A stretch of 57,054 nucleotides of DNA from Candidatus Spyradocola sp. GTDB taxonomy: Bacteria; Bacillota; Clostridia; Christensenellales; UBA1750. Of this stretch, positions 37,740 to 46,499 are shown one piece after another (position 1 is the first letter of the stretch; each line of letters begins with the position of its first letter). The stretch is from the NCBI GenBank assembly GCA_034113365.1, contig JAXEXP010000083.1, positions 1-57,054 on the forward strand, written 5' to 3'. A program made the position numbers and the translations under genes. The notes beneath the pieces are model-generated. The model did no database searches, had not been told where the DNA came from, and saw only the letters and a program-made list of their open reading frames with translations.

Positions 37740-38972
37740 TTATTTAACGCTTTCGCATTCATAAATGCGCCGCACGGCGGCGCGATTGCGGAACACCGTC
37801 AGCCAGCAGACGGCGAGCGTGCCCCCGGCGCACAGCGCCATGCACGCGGGATAGGGCAGCACCTCGCCAAGGGCCCCGGCCAGCAGGCTGAGCACGCTGG
37901 TGGCGGCCAGCGTCATCATCTCCTGCAGCGAGGAGATGCGGGCGCGCATTTCGTCGGGGAGGTATTTCTGCACGGCGGCCTGCCGCAGCGTGGCGCTGCC
38001 CACGCCCAGGAACCCGCACGCGGCGCGGTTGACCAGCATCAGCGGATAGGGCAGCAGCAGCAGGATCATGTCCATCAGCTCATAGGCGTTGTAGACGAAG
38101 AACGCAAAGCCGAACTTTTTCTTGGGCGGGATGGTGACGCGGTAGAGCACGGCGCTGCCCAGCGTGCGGCCGACGAACTCGGCGGCGGTGAACAGCGAGT
38201 ACATGGCGGTGGTCAGCCCCGGCGCGGTCTGGAAAAACGCGACGAGCAGCGGTCCGTAGCCGCCTGCGACGCCGTTTGTGACCGCCATGTAGGTGTACAG
38301 CGCGCGCAGGCCCTTTTCCTTTTTGAAGTAGGCGGCGGCGTCGCACACGTCGCGCCACCACAGGCGGACGGAGAAGCGCTCGCCCTCCATGCGGCTGGAT
38401 TCCTGCATGCGGATGCCGCTCTCGGTCAGGGCGGCCAGCAGCGACAGGCCGCTTTGCAGCAGCAGCAGGTTGCCCACGCCGAAGCGGTCGTAGAGCAGGG
38501 CGGCCACGGGCATCATCACCACGTTGAGCAGCGGATAGACCATTGCGGAGACGGCGTAGCCCTTCTCCTCCATGCCCGCGGGGATGAGCTTGGGGTAGAT
38601 GCTGTCGTAGGCCAGGGAATCGAAGGCGCCGATGCAGGAGAGCAGCAGCGAAAAGGCCAGGTAGCCGACGTAGGAAAAGCCGCTGAACTTCAGGTACAGC
38701 CCGGCCAGCAGGTACAGCAGCGCGGCGGCGGCGTCCCCGCCCACGAGGAAGGGCTTGCGCGGCAGGCGGTCCATCCACGGCGCGACGAACAGCGGCAGCA
38801 CGAAGCCCGGGATCACGCGCATGGACAGGATGAGCGCGGAGGCAAGCGTGCTGCCCGTCTCGTCGAACACCAGGAAGGACAGCGCAAAACCGCTGGCAAT
38901 GCTCCCCGCGGCGCCCAGCACGGTGGCGACGGTCAGCAGCGTAAAGTTTTTCGTCCAGAGCGTTGGCTTCAT
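37740..38972 (-). CDS. MFS transporter (macrolide-efflux-like)
   Basis: LWTKNF, VFDETGS, PWMDRLPRK, QKYLPDEMRARI; ~12 TM. Confidence 0.88.
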   Translation of the reverse strand: MKPTLWTKNFTLLTVATVLGAAGSIASGFALSFLVFDETGSTLASALILSMRVIPGFVLPLFVAPWMDRLPRKPFLVGGDAAAALLYLLAGLYLKFSGFSYVGYLAFSLLLSCIGAFDSLAYDSIYPKLIPAGMEEKGYAVSAMVYPLLNVVMMPVAALLYDRFGVGNLLLLQSGLSLLAALTESGIRMQESSRMEGERFSVRLWWRDVCDAAAYFKKEKGLRALYTYMAVTNGVAGGYGPLLVAFFQTAPGLTTAMYSLFTAAEFVGRTLGSAVLYRVTIPPKKKFGFAFFVYNAYELMDMILLLLPYPLMLVNRAACGFLGVGSATLRQAAVQKYLPDEMRARISSLQEMMTLAATSVLSLLAGALGEVLPYPACMALCAGGTLAVCWLTVFRNRAAVRRIYECESVK

Positions 38973-39072
38973 GTGTTTTCACCTCACGGAGAACAGCATA
39001 GCACATCCGTAAGGTGAATAAAACCCGGTTATTTGGGGAAAACAGTCCGCAAAACAGCCGGGTTAACAGCGC

Positions 39073-40209
39073 TTATTTTGTATTTACAGGAAAATCCTTC
39101 AGCAGCTCGCAGGCCTGCTTGTACTGGCGGCTGCTCTCCAGCCATTCCAGCACCCAGGGCAGGTGGAAGGCGGCAAAGCCCGCGGGGCGCTCGGCACGGC
39201 AGCGGGTGAAGCAGGCCATCAGCGCGTCGCCGTAGGCGGGGTCGTGCAGGGGATCGGGGGATTGTAGGCGCAGGCGCACCACGCGCGCCATCAGGCGGGT
39301 GAGGTCGTTTGGGGCCGCACCGTCTTGGTCGAGCCTGCGCTCCATTTCATCCAGCGTGCGCAGCGCTTCGTCGGGGCGGTGCAGCTTTTCCAGGCAGATG
39401 GCCAGCTTGTGCAGCGCCAGCGCATCGGGGTCGGGCAGGGCGGAGAGCAGGTCGTAGGCCTCCTGCGCGCGCCCGGCCTCCAGCAGCGTGGCGCCGGTGT
39501 TGTAGCGCAGGCTGTACAGATCCTGCGTGCGGCCCAGCGCGCGGGCGAGGCGCTCGGCCACCGCGTAGTGCGCGCGCATGCCCGCAACGTCGCCGCGGTT
39601 GCTGCAGCAGTTGCCCATAAACAGGCGGCAGTCCAGCATCAGCGCAGGGCGGCCCTCCTCCGCGGCGAGGCGGTAGGCGGTGTGCAGCGCCTCCATGGCG
39701 GCGGTGTTGTCGCCCCTTTCGTAGGCGAGTATGCCGCGGCTGCGGTGCAGCAGCGCGCAGGGGTACAGGCGGCAGGCCTCCTCGCAGCGGTCCTGCAGGT
39801 TGCGCTGCAGGGCGAGCTGGATGTGGCTGAGGCAGGGCTCCAGCGCCTCGTCCAGCGGGGCGTAGGGCGGGGCTGCGTAGGCGCGCAGCAGCAGCGCCCA
39901 CGGCTCGAGCTCGCTGCCGCGCAGGTCGGGCAGGCCGTCGGTCGCCTCGCGCACGTCGTCCCAGCGGCCGTCAAACAGCGCCTCCATGCTCTGGCGGATG
40001 CGCTGCTCCGCGTCGCGGCGCTGGGCTTCGTCGGGGACGGGGAGGTTCAGCCGGGCATAAAGCGCGTCCAGCACCTCGCGCGAGGGCGCGGCCTGCCCCT
40101 GCTCGATCTTGCTCAGGTAGCTGACCGCGCAGATGCCCTTGCACAGCCCCTGCTGGCTCCAGCCGCGCGCAAGGCGCTCCCGGCGGATCACAAAGCCGCA
40201 GTAATCCAT
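39073..40209 (-). CDS. XRE HTH transcriptional regulator with TPR-like helical C-terminus
   Basis: IRRERLARGWSQQGLCKGICAVSYLSKIEQG; helical repeats (MGNCCS, YNTGATLLEAGRAQEAY). Confidence 0.85.
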   Translation of the reverse strand: MDYCGFVIRRERLARGWSQQGLCKGICAVSYLSKIEQGQAAPSREVLDALYARLNLPVPDEAQRRDAEQRIRQSMEALFDGRWDDVREATDGLPDLRGSELEPWALLLRAYAAPPYAPLDEALEPCLSHIQLALQRNLQDRCEEACRLYPCALLHRSRGILAYERGDNTAAMEALHTAYRLAAEEGRPALMLDCRLFMGNCCSNRGDVAGMRAHYAVAERLARALGRTQDLYSLRYNTGATLLEAGRAQEAYDLLSALPDPDALALHKLAICLEKLHRPDEALRTLDEMERRLDQDGAAPNDLTRLMARVVRLRLQSPDPLHDPAYGDALMACFTRCRAERPAGFAAFHLPWVLEWLESSRQYKQACELLKDFPVNTK

Positions 40210-40411
40210 AATAAATGACCCTCCGCGTTCCGAATAAGGAAAAGATACTTTCACACGATTGGTTGCGCCGCTTCGCGTCACGGCTTACCTCCGCTCGAAT
40301 CCCATGCTCAGCCCTTCTGGTCCTGCAAAAGGGACAAATGCCAGAGCGCACGATTTTGCTCAAAGCGAGGGTCTTTCAGCGGAAAGCCTTCTTGGAGAGA
40401 GCGGGCTGCGC

Positions 40412-41776
40412 TCAGTCCTCCGCGACCTGCGCAAGGTACGCGGCGAAGTCCTCCGTCAGGCCGAGGTCCCACAGCAACGAGCAGGAGAGATATTTATCGC
40501 GGATGTCGCGCGAGCCGAGGAAGGCGTCCACGGTGTCCTGGATGCTCACGCCGATGTCGCCGGGGGTGAGGGGCATGCCGGTCGACGCCATCAGGCTGCG
40601 CAGCGCGTCCAGCGGGGGCAGCTCCTCGTCGATGATGCGCAGGATGTCGTCCCAGTGCGCCAGTATGTTGTCCAGGCGGGCGGCGTGGCGCGCGGGGTCG
40701 TTTTTGCGGGTCTGGGCCTCGATTTTGAGGATCTCATCGGCGGTCTTACCGAAGATGCGGCGCACTTGGGCCTCCCACGCGGCGGGATCGAAGGACGCCA
40801 TGTGCTGCCGGGCGCGGGCGGGGTCGGGGGTGACGGTGCGGATCTTCTCGTAGAGCTTGAGGGTGAGCAGCGTGCCCACGCCCACCTGGATGCCGTGCAG
40901 GTCGTACCGGCTGCCGCGCTCGAGCGCCATCATCTCCCACATGTGGGAGAAGTAGTGCTCCAGGCCCGAGGCGGGGCGGGAGATGCCGGCATAGGCCATG
41001 GCGATGCCCGCGATGACCAGTCCCTCGGCGATGGCGCCCACGGCGTCCGGGTCGCGGCTAGGGATGCCGGGGGCGGCGTCAGCCACGCGGCGGACGGCGG
41101 CGCGCATCAGCGCGGCGATGTTTTCGCAATAGAATTCGCCGGTGACGAGGTTGGAGATGCGCCACTCGCACAGCGCGACGTACTTGGCGGCCATGTCGCC
41201 CAGACCCGCCCAGAGCATGCGCATGGGCGCCTGGGCGAGCACGTCGGTATCCAGCAGGATGCCCGCGGGGGCGTGGTTGTAGAGAGAGACCTTGACGTGG
41301 TCCACCTCCATGGAGGAGGAATTGGAGGCATAGCCGTCCATGGAGGGCGCGGTGCCCACCACGGCGCTGCGCGTGCCGATGGCGTGCGCCATGACCTTTC
41401 CAATGTCGTTGAGCACGCCGGAGCCCACCGCCAGGATCAGGTCGCAGCGGGGATCGTAGTGCATCACGGCGCTGCCCACCTCCCACTCGGCGGGCGAGAT
41501 GCGTTCCTCGCCGGGGAGGATGTAGAGGGTATAGGCGATGCCGGCTCGGTCCAGCAGGGCGCAGACGCGCTCGCCGGCGGCGGCGTAGGTATTGCGGTCG
41601 CAGAGCACGAAGGGGCGCTTGCTGCCCAGCGCGGACAGCATGTCGGGCACGGAAGTCAGCGCGCCCCGGCCGATCCTGAGGTACTGCAGCGCGCAGACGT
41701 GGTGGTGGCCGCAGGCGCAGTCATAGCCCTCGGGGCGCGTCAGCTGCTGGAGGGTGAGCTCGTCGAAATTCTGCAT
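40412..41776 (-). CDS. sn-glycerol-1-phosphate dehydrogenase (AraM/EgsA family)
   Basis: AVGSGVLNDIGK, TAPSMDGYAS, PASGLEHYFSH, LHGIQVG. Confidence 0.9.
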   Translation of the reverse strand: MQNFDELTLQQLTRPEGYDCACGHHHVCALQYLRIGRGALTSVPDMLSALGSKRPFVLCDRNTYAAAGERVCALLDRAGIAYTLYILPGEERISPAEWEVGSAVMHYDPRCDLILAVGSGVLNDIGKVMAHAIGTRSAVVGTAPSMDGYASNSSSMEVDHVKVSLYNHAPAGILLDTDVLAQAPMRMLWAGLGDMAAKYVALCEWRISNLVTGEFYCENIAALMRAAVRRVADAAPGIPSRDPDAVGAIAEGLVIAGIAMAYAGISRPASGLEHYFSHMWEMMALERGSRYDLHGIQVGVGTLLTLKLYEKIRTVTPDPARARQHMASFDPAAWEAQVRRIFGKTADEILKIEAQTRKNDPARHAARLDNILAHWDDILRIIDEELPPLDALRSLMASTGMPLTPGDIGVSIQDTVDAFLGSRDIRDKYLSCSLLWDLGLTEDFAAYLAQVAED

Positions 41777-41797
41777 GGAGGCCGCCTTTCTGCCGCA

Positions 41798-43210
41798 TTA
41801 CACGGCGATCTTGGTCCATTTGCCGGTGCTGAAGCGGTAGAGCGTAAAGCCCAGCCGCGTGTACTGGTCGATGATGATGCCGATCCACGCGCCCAGCAGG
41901 CCCAGCCCCAGCGGATAGCACAGCAGGTAGGACAGCACGGGGCGCACGAACATGATGCTGATGAAGGACACCATCGCGACGAACTTGGTATCGCCCGCGC
42001 CGCGCAGGCAGCCCGAGAACACCACCTGCGAGGTCTGCGCAAAGGTGACGACGGCGGTGATGTAGAGCAGCGGCACGCCAGCCTGGATGATGTGGGCCTC
42101 CTGCGTGAAAAGCCGCATGATGGGCACGGCGCAGGTGACAAAGACCACGCACAGCACCGAGGAGATGCACATGGCCAGCCGGTTGCCCACCTTGCCGTAG
42201 ATGATGGACAGGTCGGGGCGTTTGGCGCCCAGCTCCTGGCCCACGAGCGACGCGCAGGCGACCTGCAGGCCGTCGCCGAAGGTGAAGGACATGCTCATGG
42301 CGTTCATCGCGATCTGGTGGGTGGCAAAGGCGTCGGTGCCCAGACCCGCGATGATCTTGGCGTAGGTGAAAAAGCCGATGCGCATGAACACCTGCTCCAC
42401 CAGCGCAGAGGCGGTGATGGAAAACATGCTCCCCAGCGAGAATTTGTCCATCAGCCAGCGGCAGCGCATGCGCAGCGTCAGAAAGCCGTCGCGATAGAGC
42501 AGAGACGCAATGGCGATGGTGAGCGACACCATGGAGCCGATGACCGTGGCCAGCGCCGCGCCCGCGATGCCCAGCTTGGGAAAGCCCAGGTTGCCGCCGA
42601 TGAGCAGGTAGTTGAAGATCATGTTCACAAAATTGGCCGCGAGGTTGGTCACCATGGAGATCTTGGTGTTGCCCGCGCCGCGCTGGGCCGCGTTGATGGT
42701 CATGGACAGGCCGTTGAATATGGTGCCCAGCATGATGATGCGGAAATAGGTGGTGGCCATGTCGAGGATGTCGTCGCCCGCGCCGGCAAAGCGCATCATG
42801 GGCCGCGCAAACGAGAAGCCCGCAAAGCCGAACAGCAGCGAGATCACCGCGGAGAGCAGCATGGAAAAGCGCAGGCACTGGTTGGCGTCCATGCGCTGCA
42901 GGGCGCCCTTGCGCCGCGCGACGATGGCGGTGACGGACACGTTCAGGCTCATGATGATGGCCAGCACGATCATCTTGGGCTGGTTGGTCAGGCCGACCGC
43001 GGCGATGGCGCCCGCGCCCAGCGTCGAGACCATGATGGTATCGATCACGCCGACAAGGCCGACGAGCACCGCCTCCAGCGTGGAGGGCCAGGCGATGCGG
43101 AAGGCCGTGGTGTAGATCTCTTTTGTGGACGGGATGGGCCCGCAGACCAGCTCCGGCTTGACCATGCAGCGCGGAATGAAGAAGTTGCGCAATCGGCTGG
43201 GCAATGACAT
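41798..43210 (-). CDS. MATE family efflux transporter
   Basis: IDTIMVSTLG, RGAGNTK, LGIAGAALATV, RGAGDTK. Confidence 0.92.
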   Translation of the reverse strand: MSLPSRLRNFFIPRCMVKPELVCGPIPSTKEIYTTAFRIAWPSTLEAVLVGLVGVIDTIMVSTLGAGAIAAVGLTNQPKMIVLAIIMSLNVSVTAIVARRKGALQRMDANQCLRFSMLLSAVISLLFGFAGFSFARPMMRFAGAGDDILDMATTYFRIIMLGTIFNGLSMTINAAQRGAGNTKISMVTNLAANFVNMIFNYLLIGGNLGFPKLGIAGAALATVIGSMVSLTIAIASLLYRDGFLTLRMRCRWLMDKFSLGSMFSITASALVEQVFMRIGFFTYAKIIAGLGTDAFATHQIAMNAMSMSFTFGDGLQVACASLVGQELGAKRPDLSIIYGKVGNRLAMCISSVLCVVFVTCAVPIMRLFTQEAHIIQAGVPLLYITAVVTFAQTSQVVFSGCLRGAGDTKFVAMVSFISIMFVRPVLSYLLCYPLGLGLLGAWIGIIIDQYTRLGFTLYRFSTGKWTKIAV

Positions 43211-43346
43211 GATGTGGTCAACCCCCTGTTTTTCGTCTTTTTTTCATTATAGACCATGCCGGAATAAAATGCAAATCGCCCCCGGAGGCGTGCTGCGGCG
43301 CCTGCCGGGGACGATGCGTGCGCATGGAAAGCGTTTTTGGGGGCGA

Positions 43347-43790
43347 TCAGAGGGATTTTTTGAGGTAGATCATGTCGGTGAGGCGCTTGCCGCACTCCAT
43401 CACGGGATGGTCGTAGTGATCCACGAAGAAATTGGGCACGCGGTGGGAATAGGTGAAGCCGCAGGCGGCATAGAAGGGCAGGGTGAGGGGGCTTTCGCCC
43501 GTGCCCACCAGCAGCGTGTCGTACCGGCCGCGGCAGACCTCCTCGACGTGCCGGATCATGCGGCGGCCCAGACCGGTGCGCTGGCGCTCGGGGCGCACGG
43601 CGAGGTTCTTGATCTCCGCGGTGCGGCCGCCCTCGTCCGTCACCACGCAGACGGCCTGTATGCCGCCGTCCTCCAGCGCGTAAAGCGTGCCGCGCTCCAG
43701 GTAGCGGTCGATCATGCTCTCCTGCTCATCGGCGAGCAGCAGCAGGTCCAGCACCTGCTTTTTATCGGTTTTCAGTTCCACGATGCGCAT
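43347..43790 (-). CDS. GNAT N-acetyltransferase (YvbK-like)
   Basis: LLLLADEQ, EIKNLAV..RQRTGLG, FYAACGF, NFFVDHY. Confidence 0.88.
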   Translation of the reverse strand: MRIVELKTDKKQVLDLLLLADEQESMIDRYLERGTLYALEDGGIQAVCVVTDEGGRTAEIKNLAVRPERQRTGLGRRMIRHVEEVCRGRYDTLLVGTGESPLTLPFYAACGFTYSHRVPNFFVDHYDHPVMECGKRLTDMIYLKKSL

Positions 43791-43805
43791 GCGGCCCCTC
43801 CTCCC

Positions 43806-45062
43806 CTACTCCAGCGAGATGGCGTGCTCGGTCTGTTCGGGGTCGTCGGCGGTGACGTAGCGCAGCTCGCCGCCCACGCGGCGCATGGCGGCCACGCGCA
43901 CGCCCTCCAGCGCGGTGCGCACCTGGCCGTCCGCCGTGTGGAAGCAGCACAGCGCGCCGTCCTCCGTGCGCAGGTAGTAGACACTGCCGCCCAGCACGGC
44001 GACGCCGTCCACAGCGTCCTGCACGGCCTGCAGCACCTCGCCGGTGGCAAGGTCAAGGCGGAACACGCCGGGGATGCCCTCCATGTAGGTGAAGTAAACC
44101 GCGTTGCCGGAGGCGTCCACATCGGCGCTGGGAGCGTCCAGCAGCTCCGGCATCAGGCTCTCGGGGCAGGTGACCAACGCGCGGTTCTCGGTCGTCCAGG
44201 TGTTCCAGCCGTTCATGCGGGCAACGTCGGCGTCGGACAGACCGAAGCAGGTCAGCGCCTGACCGCCGCTCAGACCGGCTTCGGTCTGCACGTCGCAGTG
44301 GAAGGAGACGCCGCCGATGGTCAGCACGTTCCAGGCGTGGCTGCCGTCGCCCGCGGTGACCACCACGTTCTCAATGCCCGCCTGGTCCAGCAGATAGCCG
44401 TAGGCGTAGGCAAAGCCGTAATCCGTGGCGCGGCCCTGCGTCAGCGCGCCGTAAATGCCCGCGTCCTCGGCCTCGTAGTCCAGCCGGACGGTCTGCGCGA
44501 GGGCCTTGTAGAGCGACAGCGCGGCGGACAGCTGCGTCTGGCCGGGGGTGACGCAGCGCTCCAGCAGGCGCTGGGCGGCCTCATCCAGCTCCTGCGCCTG
44601 CGCGGCGCGGGCGTCTGCCCCCTCCACCGAATAGGTCAGGTTCAGCTGCGCGTCCTGGCCGCGGGTGACGTCGCCCAGCGTGCCCCAGATGTTGCGGCTG
44701 AGCAGCGCGGCGCGCACGGCCTCCAGCTGCTCATCGGGGACGTCGGCCTGACCCAGATCCACGCTGTCCTGCCCGGCGCGGACGGCGTCGGCCAGCAGGG
44801 TGTAGAGGGGCAGGGAGAACTCCGGCTGGGCGGCGAGCGCGGAGGGCGGACACGCGGGGTCATAGGCGCAATCCGCCACCAGCGCCTGGCCCTGCTGCAG
44901 CGCGTCGGCCTGCTGCACGGGCTCCACGGTGGGGGCGGGCGTGATCTCGGGCATGGGGATGGAGCCGTCGGATACGGTGAACTGCTCGCTTAGGTGGGGC
45001 GCGGTGCAGCCGGCCAGCAGCGCGCAGGCGCACAGCAAGGAGACGATACACAGTTTTTTCAT
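43806..45062 (-). CDS. lipoprotein with transglutaminase-like domain and C-terminal beta-repeat region
   Basis: LLAGC lipobox; YGALTQGRATDYGFAYAY, HAWNV, HCD. Confidence 0.7.
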   Translation of the reverse strand: MKKLCIVSLLCACALLAGCTAPHLSEQFTVSDGSIPMPEITPAPTVEPVQQADALQQGQALVADCAYDPACPPSALAAQPEFSLPLYTLLADAVRAGQDSVDLGQADVPDEQLEAVRAALLSRNIWGTLGDVTRGQDAQLNLTYSVEGADARAAQAQELDEAAQRLLERCVTPGQTQLSAALSLYKALAQTVRLDYEAEDAGIYGALTQGRATDYGFAYAYGYLLDQAGIENVVVTAGDGSHAWNVLTIGGVSFHCDVQTEAGLSGGQALTCFGLSDADVARMNGWNTWTTENRALVTCPESLMPELLDAPSADVDASGNAVYFTYMEGIPGVFRLDLATGEVLQAVQDAVDGVAVLGGSVYYLRTEDGALCCFHTADGQVRTALEGVRVAAMRRVGGELRYVTADDPEQTEHAISLE

Positions 45063-45171
45063 GGTTTGTTCACCTCTATATGAGAGAAAGCGACGGACGA
45101 AAATGTGCATTTTGCGTCGGTCGCTTTCCGGAATGTCATCTTAAATTTTCCCCTTGCGGTCGGTCAGGCGA

Positions 45172-46368
45172 TCAGAGCTTGTTGCTCTTGATCTCAACAT
45201 TGGCCTCGGAGATCCACTGATCCAGCTGCGCGTCGTAGGCGTCGGACTGGGCAGAGGAGAGCATGCCGTCCATCAGGTCGGCCTTGACGTCCTCAAAGGG
45301 CACCTCGCCGGCCGCCTTGGTGGCCACGCGGCGGATGATGTGATAGCCGAAGTCCGAGGCAACCAGGCCCGTGGTCATGCCGTCCTCGGTCAGGGCGTCG
45401 CAGGCGGCGGTGAACTCCGCGACGAAGGAGGGGTTGCCCACATACGTCAGGTAGCCGTCGGCGTAGTAGTCGTAGGTCATGCCGGGATCGTCGCCGTACT
45501 CGGCGATAAGGGCGTCAAAGTCCCCGCCCGCCTCGACTGCGGCCAGCGCAGCGTCGGCTTCCTCCTGGATGGTGGCCAGGAACTCGTCGCGCTTGGCGTC
45601 GGCGGTGGCGGCGACGGCCTCGTCGTCATCGGCGCGCAGATCCTTGAGCTCCTGCTTCTGCTCGTCGGTCAGGCCGATGAGGATGTGCTTGACGTAGTAA
45701 GTGCCCTCGGGCACATAGTAGATGACGTGGCCGTTGTCAAAGGCGTTGACGAAGGCGGCCAGATCGCCGTCGTAGCTCTCCTTATCGGAGGCGACGTTCT
45801 CGGCGTAGGTCAGCTTGGCCTCCTCCTCGGTGACGACGACGTCCTTGGTGACGTACTCATAGAGCTTGTTGCTGGGAATGGCCTCGACCTCCTGCGCCTT
45901 CATGTCCTCGATGGAGGTGCCGTAGTAGGACAGGTATTCCTCGACGTCCTGCTTAGCCTGCTCCTCGGGATCGGCGACGGACTCGTCCTTTTCATACTCG
46001 GCCACCAGCGCCTCAATCTGGGACTGGTACCAGTCGTCCACACCCTTTTCGGCCTCGGCCTTTTCCTCATCGGTGATCTGATCAAAGCCCAGCTCGCGCA
46101 CCTTCTGGTCGACAACCAGGTCCTCAACCATCTGATCGATGAAGCTCTCCTTGAGCTCGGCCAGCTGGTCGGCGATCTCCTCGCTGTCCTGCGTATAGCC
46201 GTACATGGAGAGGAAGGCGTTGAACTCCTCGTCGAACTGCGCCTTGGTGATGGTCTCGCCGCCGACGGTGGCCACCGTGATCTTTTCGGGATTGACGGTC
46301 ACCAGCGAGCAGCCGGCAAGCGCCATGACCGCAAGGCACACGGCCAGGAGCTTAGCAAACTTCTTCAT
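45172..46368 (-). CDS. PrsA/SurA-like peptidyl-prolyl isomerase lipoprotein
   Basis: LAGC lipobox, VATVGGETIT, VKHILI, YGDDPG, SDFGYHII; downstream of mfd. Confidence 0.85.
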   Translation of the reverse strand: MKKFAKLLAVCLAVMALAGCSLVTVNPEKITVATVGGETITKAQFDEEFNAFLSMYGYTQDSEEIADQLAELKESFIDQMVEDLVVDQKVRELGFDQITDEEKAEAEKGVDDWYQSQIEALVAEYEKDESVADPEEQAKQDVEEYLSYYGTSIEDMKAQEVEAIPSNKLYEYVTKDVVVTEEEAKLTYAENVASDKESYDGDLAAFVNAFDNGHVIYYVPEGTYYVKHILIGLTDEQKQELKDLRADDDEAVAATADAKRDEFLATIQEEADAALAAVEAGGDFDALIAEYGDDPGMTYDYYADGYLTYVGNPSFVAEFTAACDALTEDGMTTGLVASDFGYHIIRRVATKAAGEVPFEDVKADLMDGMLSSAQSDAYDAQLDQWISEANVEIKSNKL

Positions 46369-46499
46369 CGTAACTCTTCCTTTCTTCTTCACGGGCGCGT
46401 AGAGGCCCATGTTGTAAGCACCCATTCATTATACACGATATGATTTGGAGATGCAAATAATATTCTGTAACGATTCTTTGAACGGGCGGCTTTTTTGCA

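Noticed and set aside
33946-37764. Very long antisense ORFs (1272 aa here, 982 aa at 40259, 1195 aa at 46515)
   Set aside because: Shadow frames opposite real genes, expected with high GC3 codon bias.
38971-39012. 13-codon ORF MCFHLTENSIAHP as the RRNPP signal peptide
   Set aside because: No RBS, overlaps the MFS start antisense, and lacks the basic-hydrophobic precursor pattern.
40280-40310. tRNA gene suggested by CTCGAATCCC (T-loop-like)
   Set aside because: No cloverleaf, D-arm or acceptor stem can be built.
40412-41776. G1P dehydrogenase as evidence of archaeal-type lipids
   Set aside because: AraM-like homologues are established in Bacillota and no GGGP synthase is nearby.
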